From: a virus
Lineage: Duplodnaviria; Caudoviricetes
Strand: one strand, 5' to 3'
Length of the DNA: 64,000 nt
Virus record (IMG/VR): IMGVR_UViG_3300037851_000671
Span: 1 to 64,000 of that record
Shown: positions 1 to 9,775 of the stretch, in pieces
Numbering within the stretch: position 1 is the first letter of the stretch
Layout of the letters: each line of letters starts with the position of its first letter
Notes under the pieces: generated by a model
Seen by the model: only the letters and a program-made list of their open reading frames with translations
What the model was told of the DNA's origin: nothing
The model's database searches: none
Made by a program: the position numbers and the translations under genes

Positions 1-2
1 CA

Positions 3-830
3 GGTGGTGCTCCGCCTCCACCAGCTCCTGGCGCTCCGGGTGGCGGCGGGGGTGATGGTGATAAAGAGGGCACAATCAAACTGCTGTCAGAGTTCTTTAA
101 CAATCTGAAAACCGGCCTGCCCATCAGTGTTGAGGAAGATCAAAAACAGAGCGAAAAGGTTCCAGACAAGGCACCAGAGAAAAAGTCTTGGATGAATTGG
201 GATGATAATCTTGTTGTTAAGGCTCAAGATGCCACTCCTGCCGCTCCAGTTGCACCGCCTCCGCCAGAAGCTCCACCAGCAGCCCCAGAAGCTCCCGCTG
301 CTGAGACGCCGGCTGCTGAGGCCACCCCACCAACAGATAACACTGATGACGTGATTGAGAACGCTCTTGGTGATGTGTCAATGGATGACATCATCAATCG
401 TCTTGAGATGTTGGTTGGAGTATACAACAAGCGTGAGATTTCAAGACAGCTTGCCGTTCTAGATATCATGATGGACAAGCGTGGTTTGTCAGCATTCTTC
501 CCGGCTTTGGGAGAGGCACAAGCCAAGGCACTGGAAGCAAACCAGTATATCGGAAGCCGTCTTGAGGGTGTTCTTACCAAGCTGAAGGGATCTGTACAAG
601 CTCCAGAAGCTACAAATTGGATTAAAGACAACAAGCAAGAGGACACAAGTACAGCTGAGGTTCGTCAGAAATTGACTGAACAACAGGAAAAGGAAGAGCA
701 GCGTAGGGAGATGAGGAAGCAAAAGGAACTAGAACCAAAGGCGGCACCAGCTCAGCCTGTGGGAGAGGTTGCTCCTGAAATACAAGAACCAGCAAGGGTA
801 GAACAATCTCCAGCAATCCCAGTGAGGTAA
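3..830 (+). CDS. 5'-truncated Pro/Ala-rich putative head protein
   Basis: The frame of ORF 192..830 is open back to the window edge (GGAPPPPAPGAPGGGGGDGDKEG...); helical core LAVLDIMMDKRGLS; low-complexity linkers. Confidence 0.8.
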   Translation, partial: GGAPPPPAPGAPGGGGGDGDKEGTIKLLSEFFNNLKTGLPISVEEDQKQSEKVPDKAPEKKSWMNWDDNLVVKAQDATPAAPVAPPPPEAPPAAPEAPAAETPAAEATPPTDNTDDVIENALGDVSMDDIINRLEMLVGVYNKREISRQLAVLDIMMDKRGLSAFFPALGEAQAKALEANQYIGSRLEGVLTKLKGSVQAPEATNWIKDNKQEDTSTAEVRQKLTEQQEKEEQRREMRKQKELEPKAAPAQPVGEVAPEIQEPARVEQSPAIPVR

Positions 831-833
831 TTA

Positions 834-1583
834 GTGTCAATCCGTGATGTGCTTCTTGAAATAAAGCGTATTTCAACCGAGAATGGTTTGTCCGAGCCAT
901 TTGTGGTTGGAGGCTTGCCCAGAGACAAATTTCTGGACAGAGCACGCATGGTCAAAGACATAGACATAACCACAGGTGATGAGTCTGTAAAAAAACTTGC
1001 CGTATTGGTTGCCAATAGATACCAAGCACATCCGATACAGTTCGAGGACGGTCATCACCAGGTTGTTATTGGACAGGTGAGATTCGATTTCTCATCTAAT
1101 TTCAATTCTCCAGATATTGAATACTTTTTGAACAGGGCTGGTGTAAAAGATCCAACGCCAATGCAGCAGGAGTTGTTTAGTAGGGATTTCACCTGCAACA
1201 CTTTGATTGTTCCAATGAATCTTAGGAGTTTGAGCGATCCTACAGGTCTTGGTATTAATGATATCAAGAACAAGATATTGAGAACTCCTTTGCCACCACG
1301 AATCACTATGAGAGATGATCCTAGAAGGGTCATCAGGTCAATCTATTTGGCCACCAAGCTTGGATTTGAGGTTGAACAAGGTATTGTGGATTGGGCATTG
1401 AAAAACCAAGCTGCTATACATAAAGCTAGTAAACCAATGTATTCAAAGGGTAAATTGGCCGATGCCACTAGAGCAGATGTAGAGAAGACAATCAGGTTGA
1501 TGACTGAGATGAATCTTTGGCATGTAGTAAGTATTCCGAAGATTTTAGAGGATGCTTATTTTCAGAGAGGAGTAGTAAAATGA
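834..1583 (+). CDS. Class II tRNA nucleotidyltransferase / poly(A) polymerase family protein
   Basis: Motifs VVGGLPRD...DIDI (motif A), SRDFTCN (motif B, RRD-like) and DDPRR (motif D, E/DDxxR); 249 aa with no HD domain; GTG start. Confidence 0.9.
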   Translation: MSIRDVLLEIKRISTENGLSEPFVVGGLPRDKFLDRARMVKDIDITTGDESVKKLAVLVANRYQAHPIQFEDGHHQVVIGQVRFDFSSNFNSPDIEYFLNRAGVKDPTPMQQELFSRDFTCNTLIVPMNLRSLSDPTGLGINDIKNKILRTPLPPRITMRDDPRRVIRSIYLATKLGFEVEQGIVDWALKNQAAIHKASKPMYSKGKLADATRADVEKTIRLMTEMNLWHVVSIPKILEDAYFQRGVVK

Positions 1584-2131
1584 GAGGAGAGGGATTGTGG
1601 CTAGTTTCGATGGCGCTAAAGAAGAAAGATCCAAGGGTGGATATGGATGTGAGGCCATCTCCAATTTTGTTCAAGAACTATGATTATACTGCTGAGGGGC
1701 CAAATGAAACAAGCCCTGGCGGAGGGTTATATCATGGAAGGATGGATCGTTTCAAGAGCGTGAAGGACTTTGTAAACAAGCGCAGGAAGGCAAACAAGAA
1801 GCTTAAGAAGTCTACCGCCGCTGATGATAGAGAGCCTTGGATGTATGAAGATGACTTTGATAAAGATTTGGCGGCCTCTATTCATGATATCAGCGTGTTT
1901 GTAAAAAACTGTCCAGAAACCTCACTTGAAGAAATTGGTGATATCATTGCAGACGAGGGATATCTAGATTATTTGTCAAAGCACAAATCATTACCAGACT
2001 ATAAAGATGGCATTAGGTTAATAGAGGCTTTCCTAAACAGAAAGGGTCTGCTAAAATCTCAGAAGCTGGTTGATAAACTTGCCGCATTACTTGAACAGGT
2101 TGGAACAGAATACGAAGACGAAACACCATGA
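1580..2131 (+). CDS. Hypothetical protein
   Basis: ATG at 1580 overlaps the upstream stop (ATGA) with an upstream GGAG; ORF track frame 1517..2131. Confidence 0.7.
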   Translation: MRGEGLWLVSMALKKKDPRVDMDVRPSPILFKNYDYTAEGPNETSPGGGLYHGRMDRFKSVKDFVNKRRKANKKLKKSTAADDREPWMYEDDFDKDLAASIHDISVFVKNCPETSLEEIGDIIADEGYLDYLSKHKSLPDYKDGIRLIEAFLNRKGLLKSQKLVDKLAALLEQVGTEYEDETP

Positions 2132-2652
2132 GAAAACTAGCTCTAATTCGCAAAAACACCAATGAAGAAAGGTGTCCATTTGGCTTGCCGATTCCATTCG
2201 GTTGCAAGCATGCTGGTAAATTTGTCGAAAACATGGCTCCGTTTTCATCTATGGGCAAAGAGGTTAGCGAAGATGAGAAAGATCAAATAGCAGATGCTAA
2301 CGTAAGGCTTTTTGCTTGGGAGCTATCCAGAAGCCATGAGGAGCCTGAAAAATGTCCATATGCCACGGTTATCATGGACAACAAAGAGGCTGTAGAATGC
2401 AATTTTGAGGACACAGCTCCGGGCGTTCCAGCGGCAAATTTGGTTGGCGCTCCATTCTATTCACAAGTGTTTACAGGTAGTGGTGGCAGTGGTTTGTACA
2501 GCTATCCTGTTGGGTATTACGCAGACTACAACACAAGCAGAAACCTATTTTTTGGAATGTACTCTCTACAAGGCTCTGAAGAAAAGAACGAACGGATCAG
2601 GAAGATTGCTGATGAGTTTGCGGATAGCATATCAATAAACAGGAATAGGTAA
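2128..2652 (+). CDS. Hypothetical Cys-containing protein
   Basis: ATGA-coupled ORF; CPFGLPIPFGC and CPY...C; K-x-A-like sites at both ends (MRKLAL, IRKIAD). Confidence 0.75.
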   Translation: MRKLALIRKNTNEERCPFGLPIPFGCKHAGKFVENMAPFSSMGKEVSEDEKDQIADANVRLFAWELSRSHEEPEKCPYATVIMDNKEAVECNFEDTAPGVPAANLVGAPFYSQVFTGSGGSGLYSYPVGYYADYNTSRNLFFGMYSLQGSEEKNERIRKIADEFADSISINRNR

Positions 2653-2684
2653 GTGTATAGCTATATTGGTTCACGAGGCAGAAA

Positions 2685-3581
2685 ATGAGTATACAGAAGC
2701 TTGCTGATGATTTTGATTCTCAAGATGTTGCTGGTCCTTTCAAAAAGGATCTTCTTAGGGGTTTGAAGCCTTTGATTGTTCATGAGGAAGAACCTGAAGA
2801 GGATATTGAAGAAAGGGATGATGACGTTGAGGTATCCGATGAGCCAGGAGAGGAGGGTGTAGTTTTCATCATTGATGACATACCAGGCGCTCCAGGCGCA
2901 GAGGCTATAGAGGTTGATGAGGGTGATAAGGACGTTGAGATTGATGAGTCAGAGATGCCAGAAGGCGATGAGTGGAAATGGGAAACCCCTACTTTCATTC
3001 CTTGGCTTCAGAAAATGATCAAGAACGTTCCTCAGCATACTGGATATGACACCACAGGTCTTGAGAAGGCCATCTCTTACTTTGAGAGCATTGATCGTGA
3101 AATCACAAAAGCTATGCGTACCGATTACAAGAACGAAATCAATTCTGCCCATGCTGAGAAGGCTAGAGAAGAGATTGAGAACGGACTTGAGCGTTTGATG
3201 GATCGTTTGGAGAAGGTACGCACTACCAAGTACAAGCGTCATGCAAAGAAAAAGAGCAAGTCTTGGACAGAGGAATATGGCATTGTAAAAGAGGCTGGAA
3301 CAGCGAAAATCACAGGAATCACAGTAACTGTTCCGTTGTTGATTGCCAGGATTGCTCGTGTTTGCATCAATGGCATGGTTTCTGCCGGACACGATATTGA
3401 AGACATATTTGAGAAACAGGCGAAGGAATATAACCTTGATAAAAGGGAGCGCGCAGAGCTTGCGCAGCTTCTTGATGATATGGGTTATGCCGTAAGAATG
3501 GATCGTGGTTATCCGGTTGGAGAACACGTTGATACCACAAAGTCTGACAATTTTGACTGGGCTGCAAACTACCCTGGATAA
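2685..3581 (+). CDS. Acidic putative head protein
   Basis: 298 aa; acidic N-terminus; IQKLAD and IVKEAG motifs; LAQLLDDMGY helix. Confidence 0.75.
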   Translation: MSIQKLADDFDSQDVAGPFKKDLLRGLKPLIVHEEEPEEDIEERDDDVEVSDEPGEEGVVFIIDDIPGAPGAEAIEVDEGDKDVEIDESEMPEGDEWKWETPTFIPWLQKMIKNVPQHTGYDTTGLEKAISYFESIDREITKAMRTDYKNEINSAHAEKAREEIENGLERLMDRLEKVRTTKYKRHAKKKSKSWTEEYGIVKEAGTAKITGITVTVPLLIARIARVCINGMVSAGHDIEDIFEKQAKEYNLDKRERAELAQLLDDMGYAVRMDRGYPVGEHVDTTKSDNFDWAANYPG

Positions 3582-3590
3582 GGAAAAACT

Positions 3591-4451
3591 ATGAGACAAA
3601 ACGGATTTTTTTACAGAGCTGACAGTGATGATGTATCACAACAGGACAAGGTTCAGGGTGATCCAAATGTATCTGATTGGCTTGTTAGATTTGCAGAAGA
3701 GCAAGATCTAAAGCAATCGTTGGCTGGTGGTAAAACCGCTGTAGAGGCGGCTAGGGAGCGTCAGCGTTCCATACTTGAGATGATGAGCAACATCATGGGA
3801 GGAAGCTCATCCAAGTTCAGCTCGGTTGAAGAGGTTGTAAAAGACTATCAGCGTCGTACTGGTCTTGACACCATATCACAGAAGAAAGCTTCTGATGAGC
3901 TTGGTTTTGCGGCCTCTTTGATCATTGAGGCCGGCAACAAGGACGGAAAGCCTCCGGTGGCCATTGGGGATTTGAAGAGCAAGATTCAGAAACTATGTGC
4001 TAAGTTGCATGGAGCCAAGGCAGCTGATGTATCTGTAACACTTGAAAAGGTTGGCGATAAGTTTGTTGCCTCCAGCAAGTGCAAAGGCAAGGTAAAGGGC
4101 AAGGCATGCCTCAGCAAGAAAGAAGCTTTGAATAGTTTGATTGAGAAGCTGAAGGGCATGATCAAGGCCAAGGGTTCTTCCGAGTCGAAGGAAGATGTTG
4201 CTGATGTTAAGAAACATCCAGTGCATCAAGCGCATCCAGCAGAGCCTATTCCAACCGAGAAGCCTGAAGCTCCTCCCGAGGGTAGCGAGGTTATTCCAGA
4301 GCGTGTTGGGGATTTGTTTGGAGAGGAGGAAATTCCTACTCTGTTTGATCAACCCGGAGAGGCACAGCCTTTTGGTAGTAGTACGTCTCTTGATGCAGCG
4401 GCCAGTGATTATGCAGCATTCTTGATGGCATACGGAAAAAAAAAATTCTGA
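3591..4451 (+). CDS. Putative head protein, N-terminal part (ends at an A10 tract)
   Basis: 286-aa ORF with RBS AAGGA; terminates 3 nt after ten consecutive A (4436-4445). Confidence 0.8.
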   Translation: MRQNGFFYRADSDDVSQQDKVQGDPNVSDWLVRFAEEQDLKQSLAGGKTAVEAARERQRSILEMMSNIMGGSSSKFSSVEEVVKDYQRRTGLDTISQKKASDELGFAASLIIEAGNKDGKPPVAIGDLKSKIQKLCAKLHGAKAADVSVTLEKVGDKFVASSKCKGKVKGKACLSKKEALNSLIEKLKGMIKAKGSSESKEDVADVKKHPVHQAHPAEPIPTEKPEAPPEGSEVIPERVGDLFGEEEIPTLFDQPGEAQPFGSSTSLDAAASDYAAFLMAYGKKKF

Positions 4452-4822
4452 GAACCGCCGAGGATGAACAAGAATATGCTCAAGAAGATGTCGATGACGC
4501 TAAACCGTCTGTTCTTAAATCGCATCCGGCGATTGATAATTTCGTCAACAACGTTGTTGATACTAACAAACACATTCAGATACCAGCCATTATACACTCG
4601 ATTCTAGAGACATTTTCGCGTGATGGCGTTGGTCAGCAACACGTTTCTGACAAGAAATTCCTCAATTATCTGAACAAGATCCTAATCAAGAAGCGTCCAC
4701 AAGACCACAACAGCACCCCTAACAACATAGGTCGTGGAGTGGGTATTGTGATTGAGATGGGTGGTAGAGAAGACTCAAATCGCAATCCTTTTGCTATCCT
4801 TGAGCCAACGCCATCTAAATAA
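4445..4822 (+). CDS. Start-less -1 frame continuation of 3591..4451 (about 125 codons)
   Basis: Manually translated ILRTAEDEQEYAQEDVDDAKPSVLKSHPAIDNFVNNVVDTNKHIQIPAIIHSILETF...EPTPSK*; the frame is open from 4409 with no ATG/GTG/TTG near its start; fills an otherwise empty 420-nt gap. Confidence 0.75.
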   Translation: MLRTAEDEQEYAQEDVDDAKPSVLKSHPAIDNFVNNVVDTNKHIQIPAIIHSILETFSRDGVGQQHVSDKKFLNYLNKILIKKRPQDHNSTPNNIGRGVGIVIEMGGREDSNRNPFAILEPTPSK

Positions 4823-4896
4823 CAAACAAATTTGTGGCATTCTCCAGTATTTAGATATGCATATGAAAGCTGTGCATGTTTTTACTGGAGAATTTG

Positions 4897-7833
4897 ATGA
4901 AGCAAGATAGTTTTGCCTCTTTGCTTGAGGCATACAGAGAAGGCGTCCTTTCAATGGACCCGGTCTTCTTTGTTGAGAATTTTTTAACTGTTGATGGCAA
5001 GTCGTTTGATTTGGGAACTGGATACAAGCCATTCAACGACATTTACAGATACATTGCCCTTCAAGCGGTTCAAGAAAACTCAAAGCCAATCGTAATGGTG
5101 AAGGGGCGTCAGGTTGGTGCCACCACCATGGCGGCGGCTTTGGAATGTTATTTCGTTGCATGTGGTCTGTTTGGAAATAACGGAAGACCACCAATGCGTA
5201 TGATGCATTTGTTTCCTACATTATCTTTGGCTGCCGCTTATACCAAAGACAAACTAGATCCAATCATTGGTTCTGCCCGTCCAGTACCAGGCGCTCTAAA
5301 ATCAAACGGACTTCTGAAGTCTTATATTGAAGCAAAACTAGACGCCTCCAATCCTGCCAACAACAACATGCACTTCAAGAAGTTCATGCACGGCAACCAG
5401 ATTTGGATTGAGTCTACTGGTTTGGATGGTGACCGTATTCGTGGACGAACCTGCGATGCTGCTTTTTTTGATGAGTGTTTTCCGTACTCTCAAAATATAG
5501 AAACTGATGTTGGCAAAGTTAAAATTGGAAAACTGTACGACATGTTCAAAGATGGTAAAACTTTACCACTAGTTAAAACGTACAATGAGGATTTGGATCG
5601 GTTCGAATTAAAACGTATCACAAATGCATGGAAACGTGGTGAGCGTGATCTTGTAAAGATAATTTGTGGTAATAGAGAGGTGCTATGCACTAGCAATCAT
5701 AGGTTTTTGACCACTGATGGTTGGAAACAGGCTAATGATATAGAGGTTGGAGAGTTGATAAAAACAACGCCAGCAGATGTTGGTCAATTATCAAAATCAC
5801 TAAACGACGATCAAATACAGATTATTTTAGGATCATTCCTTGGTGATGGTCATTTGTCAAAACACGGCCTTAATAAATATAGGATAAGCGAAAGGCACGG
5901 AATATCTCAACAAAACTATTGTGCCTGGAAGGCTGATATGTTTGGGGTAAAGCCTAAGCTTGTAGAAAAAAATGGATATTCACAGAAACCTGCGTTATCT
6001 TTTGCAAGCAAGTTATTTGGTTTTAAAGCCGATTTCCCATCAGAAAAAAACACCTGTCCACAATGGATTTTAGATCAGCTTGATGAACGTGGTCTTGCTA
6101 TATGGTTTATGGATGATGGTAGTACAAATAAACACATTGGTGGTGTTATAAATACATGCTCATTTGATGAAGAAACACAAATTAGGTTAGTAGCAAAACT
6201 AAAATCGTTTGGAATTGATTGTGAGTATAGGTTCTATAAATATAAAGGAAAGAAAAAAGAAGGTTACTATTCCATCTATCTTAACAAAACCGGTTATCGA
6301 AAGTTGTGCGACATTGTTCGTAAATATATTCATAGCGACTTGTATTACAAGGTATATGAGGCTTGCGATGAAACATCTTGTTATAAGTGGAATTCAAAGT
6401 TCAAACAACATGGTGTTATAACTGTTGTTGGTAAAGAGGTTGTAAACAAACCAGAATGTGTATATGATATTGAGGTTGAGGATAATCATAATTTCATAGT
6501 TACATCTGTAAAACATGCAAAAAATGGCGGTGGCCTGATCGCGCATAATTGCCAAGATATGTCTGATATTGCCATTGGTGCTGTTACCAAGATTCTGGCC
6601 CAATCAAAATACGGAGCAAGAGGCGAAGGTCTACAGGTATATTTCGGTACACCAAAGACAAAGGGCGGATCTTATTGGAAAATGTGGGAAGCATCTTGTC
6701 AAAACTACTACCACCTGCGTTGTGAGCATTGTGGAGAGTATTTCCCTCTGTATCGTCCAGACATCAACTGGGAAGATGTGTGGATTATTGGAACCACTGT
6801 AAGGTGCAGTTATTGTAAGCGAGATCAGGATAAAAACGAAGCTGTAGAACGTGGTAAGTGGGTTCCTCTAAACAACCCTGAAAATTCCGCGTTTGTTGGA
6901 TATCATATCAACCAGCTGTTTATCCCTCACTTTACCAGGGAAACGATTGAGAAAACCAAGCCAGAGAACAACAAGACCAACACCGAGAGGGTGTACATGA
7001 ACGAGGTTCTTGGTGAGTTTTTCGATGGTGATGGAGGAACCATTTCCGTTGAAGAGATTCGACAAAACTGTGCTGATAGGAATCGTAAACTATCAAAGAG
7101 CATTTCATCAGAGTCAAATCGAAAAGTGTATGCTGGTTTCGACTGGGGACAAAGAGCAGCGTTGGACCAAGCCACCGGAAGAAGGCAAGGAAAGTCATAC
7201 AGCTGTGCGGTTATTCTTACAGCAGATGGCCCGAACATTTTCAACGTAGAGTTTGCCACCCGTCTTCTAAGCAACGATCCTCAAGAGAAAGTGGATGTTG
7301 TAGAGGAGATGTTCAGGCGCTACACGGTTACGCTTGGAGTGGGAGATATTGGTGACGCCTTTGACCTTACACACAAACTGCAAAACATCCATGGTGATAG
7401 GTTTCTGGCTAGCCGTTCATCTTTCCGCATCAACGGTAGAGTAAAGTATTCTGAAGACGAATTTCCAAAAGTAATCCTTTTTGAGAAGGATTATTACATT
7501 GGTGAAATGATAGGTCTTATGAAAGAGGGTAAGATTAAATTTCCGTTTGGAAGCTATGATCGTATTGGTTGGTTGGTAAAACATTGTGCCAGTATGGATA
7601 CGAGGATTACGAGGGATAAGTCTGGTGAGCCGGTCAAAAGGTACGTCAAAGGAGATGGGCCAAACGACGGGCTCATGGCGCTTTTAAATGCGTATTTGGC
7701 TTGGAAATTTGATGTAACTCAAGGTTTCAAGATCAAGAGTCCGCAACAGATGCGGCATGACAGAGCAACCAATGTTCGGCAGATAGGTGCTATACTTGGT
7801 TATGTTCCGAAACTTTTTGGATCTAGGGGTTGA
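4897..7833 (+). CDS. terL: Terminase large subunit (intein-containing; about 620 aa after splicing)
   Basis: Walker A-like VMVKGRQVGATT; Walker B AAFFDE|C; CxxC..CxxC motif; nuclease motifs YAGFDWG and NDGLMA; ATG 4897 preceded by GGAGA (ORF track starts at 4876). Confidence 0.93.
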   Translation: MKQDSFASLLEAYREGVLSMDPVFFVENFLTVDGKSFDLGTGYKPFNDIYRYIALQAVQENSKPIVMVKGRQVGATTMAAALECYFVACGLFGNNGRPPMRMMHLFPTLSLAAAYTKDKLDPIIGSARPVPGALKSNGLLKSYIEAKLDASNPANNNMHFKKFMHGNQIWIESTGLDGDRIRGRTCDAAFFDECFPYSQNIETDVGKVKIGKLYDMFKDGKTLPLVKTYNEDLDRFELKRITNAWKRGERDLVKIICGNREVLCTSNHRFLTTDGWKQANDIEVGELIKTTPADVGQLSKSLNDDQIQIILGSFLGDGHLSKHGLNKYRISERHGISQQNYCAWKADMFGVKPKLVEKNGYSQKPALSFASKLFGFKADFPSEKNTCPQWILDQLDERGLAIWFMDDGSTNKHIGGVINTCSFDEETQIRLVAKLKSFGIDCEYRFYKYKGKKKEGYYSIYLNKTGYRKLCDIVRKYIHSDLYYKVYEACDETSCYKWNSKFKQHGVITVVGKEVVNKPECVYDIEVEDNHNFIVTSVKHAKNGGGLIAHNCQDMSDIAIGAVTKILAQSKYGARGEGLQVYFGTPKTKGGSYWKMWEASCQNYYHLRCEHCGEYFPLYRPDINWEDVWIIGTTVRCSYCKRDQDKNEAVERGKWVPLNNPENSAFVGYHINQLFIPHFTRETIEKTKPENNKTNTERVYMNEVLGEFFDGDGGTISVEEIRQNCADRNRKLSKSISSESNRKVYAGFDWGQRAALDQATGRRQGKSYSCAVILTADGPNIFNVEFATRLLSNDPQEKVDVVEEMFRRYTVTLGVGDIGDAFDLTHKLQNIHGDRFLASRSSFRINGRVKYSEDEFPKVILFEKDYYIGEMIGLMKEGKIKFPFGSYDRIGWLVKHCASMDTRITRDKSGEPVKRYVKGDGPNDGLMALLNAYLAWKFDVTQGFKIKSPQQMRHDRATNVRQIGAILGYVPKLFGSRG
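5476..6549 (+). mobile_element. Intein (358 aa) with LAGLIDADG homing endonuclease
   Basis: N-terminal CFPYSQNI, block B CTSNHRFLT, LAGLIDADG motifs ILGSFLGDG and LAIWFMDDG, block F VYDIEVEDNHNF, terminal HN followed by Cys+1; removal restores FFDECQD. Confidence 0.96.
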
Positions 7834-7850
7834 TATATTAGGAATGTACT

Positions 7851-9704
7851 ATGAGTAAAGGCGGCAATAAATCAAGAGCAGAACAATTGCTTGAGCAGAA
7901 GAAGACACTTCCTCCTGAATTATCTGATAGGATGGCACGTAGCGTAAGTGATTATAGGCGTGGCACTCTCGGAGAAGAGTTGGAATCTGGAATGTATAGG
8001 GAAAAAGGATCGTCTATGTATAAGGGTTCATCATCTCCTGATGAGGCAATGTTCAAGCCATCAATGCTTGGTATGATATCACACTCAAGCGGTGGTAAAA
8101 ACATTTACAAGAAAGGTGATGGCAGCAGTTCAAATGTAGGGACTCAACCATCAAGCAGTTGGCGAGGATCGAACAACACAGACAGGCAAATACCAGAAGT
8201 ATACTCGCCATTGTGGCTCAACTCGAACCTGAACCTTCCAAGAGACAGAACCACAATCAATGCCTGGAGCCGTTCGTTCTTTGCCCTGAATCCAATTGTT
8301 CATAATGCCATTACTCTTCACTCTACATACCCAATTGCCAAACTCAATATCAAGTGCAAAGACCCAGCGATAGAGAAGTTCTTTGCCCAGATGATTGATG
8401 AGATTGACCTCATGAATGTCTGTACAATGATTGCTCAGGAATACTACATTCTTGGCGAAGCATTTGTGTATGGTGAGTTGAATGAGGCTACAGGCAAATG
8501 GTCACGCCTCATGATATTGAACCCTGACTACATCAACGTTCAGCGTTCAGTTATAGCCGCTGAGCCAATCATCAGTTTGCGTCCAGACGAAAACCTGAAG
8601 CGTGTTGTGTTTGGTAACAAGCCAGCAGATATACAGCAGCGTAAACAGCTGGATCCTAGCATCATTGAGCATGTACGCAGGAATGAGAACATACCTCTCA
8701 ACAACTTCTACGTATCCCATATTGCCAGAAGGATTTCGCCGTATGAGATTCGTGGAACTGGCATTATCGTAAGCGCTTTCAGACCACTCATGCTTTTTGA
8801 TAAGTTGAGAGAGTGTAAGTATGCGCAGGCTGATAACATGATCAATCCTCTCACATTGGTGAAGATTGGTGATGCAGAATTCAAGCCAGGTCCAGCAGAT
8901 CTTGAGCATTGGAGAAACGTATTCGAGGAAGGTGAGAGCGATAAGAATTTCAAGATATTTACACACAACTCAGTGACAGTTGAGCGTGTTGGTTATGGAC
9001 AGGGTATTTATGATACGTCCAATGATATCACCCAGTTGATCAAGGAGATTTACATTGGGTTGATGGTGCCGTCTGTGATTATGGATGGCAGCGATACGAC
9101 CTATGCCACAGGAAGCGTTGCGCTGGATGTTTTGAGACAGCGTTACATGCAGTTCAGAAACTACATGTCCAGCTGGCTAAGGAATAGAGTTTTTGCTCCA
9201 ATATCACAGATCAACGATTTTTATGAGTATGTTGATGGCGAGAAGGTGCTGATTGTTCCAGAGGTTGATTGGAATCATATGTCATTGTTTGACATGGATA
9301 CTTTCATTAACAACCTAATCAATCTATCTCAGGGTGAGGGTCCTGCCAAGAGAGTTTCTTTGCAAACGCTGTATAGAAGCATTGGTTTGGAATATGAAGA
9401 GGAGCAGCGTAAACTCAGATACGAAGCAATACAAGATGCTATACGTCAAAGAGAGCTGGCTTCATTGCAGAAGTACAGTTTGCATGAGTTGAAATCGCTT
9501 GGACCGAATGATGATATTGAGGAAGTTACACAAGAACCGGTGCCTGGTGAGAGTCCGTACATCTCTGGTGCTGGTGGGGCACCTCCGGGTGCTCCTGGTG
9601 GCGGCGGAGGCGGAGCACCACCTCCACCTCCGGGCCTTGGACCAATGCCAGGAGCACCTCCACCTCCTCCAATTGGTGGTGGCGGAAAGCCACCTGGACC
9701 ATGA
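7851..9704 (+). CDS. Portal protein with Pro/Gly-rich C-terminal tail
   Basis: Immediately after terL; 617 aa; portal-like segments HIARRISPYEIRGTGII and NPLTLVKIG; tail GAPPPPPGLGPMPGAPPPPPIGGGG. Confidence 0.85.
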   Translation: MSKGGNKSRAEQLLEQKKTLPPELSDRMARSVSDYRRGTLGEELESGMYREKGSSMYKGSSSPDEAMFKPSMLGMISHSSGGKNIYKKGDGSSSNVGTQPSSSWRGSNNTDRQIPEVYSPLWLNSNLNLPRDRTTINAWSRSFFALNPIVHNAITLHSTYPIAKLNIKCKDPAIEKFFAQMIDEIDLMNVCTMIAQEYYILGEAFVYGELNEATGKWSRLMILNPDYINVQRSVIAAEPIISLRPDENLKRVVFGNKPADIQQRKQLDPSIIEHVRRNENIPLNNFYVSHIARRISPYEIRGTGIIVSAFRPLMLFDKLRECKYAQADNMINPLTLVKIGDAEFKPGPADLEHWRNVFEEGESDKNFKIFTHNSVTVERVGYGQGIYDTSNDITQLIKEIYIGLMVPSVIMDGSDTTYATGSVALDVLRQRYMQFRNYMSSWLRNRVFAPISQINDFYEYVDGEKVLIVPEVDWNHMSLFDMDTFINNLINLSQGEGPAKRVSLQTLYRSIGLEYEEEQRKLRYEAIQDAIRQRELASLQKYSLHELKSLGPNDDIEEVTQEPVPGESPYISGAGGAPPGAPGGGGGGAPPPPPGLGPMPGAPPPPPIGGGGKPPGP

Positions 9705-9775
9705 TGATTTGGGTTTTACCCTTTATGGGTCCGGGCATATTTTGGCTTCTTGTTTAGAGATCGATCAGGAGACAT

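Noticed and set aside
4020-4160. HicB/dsRBD-like beta-beta-alpha segment in gene 3591
   Set aside because: Only a loose pattern resemblance and no partner toxin gene nearby; needs a structure search.
5600-5608. GGTTCGAAT T-loop-like string suggesting a tRNA
   Set aside because: Inside the intein CDS with no acceptor, D or anticodon stems.
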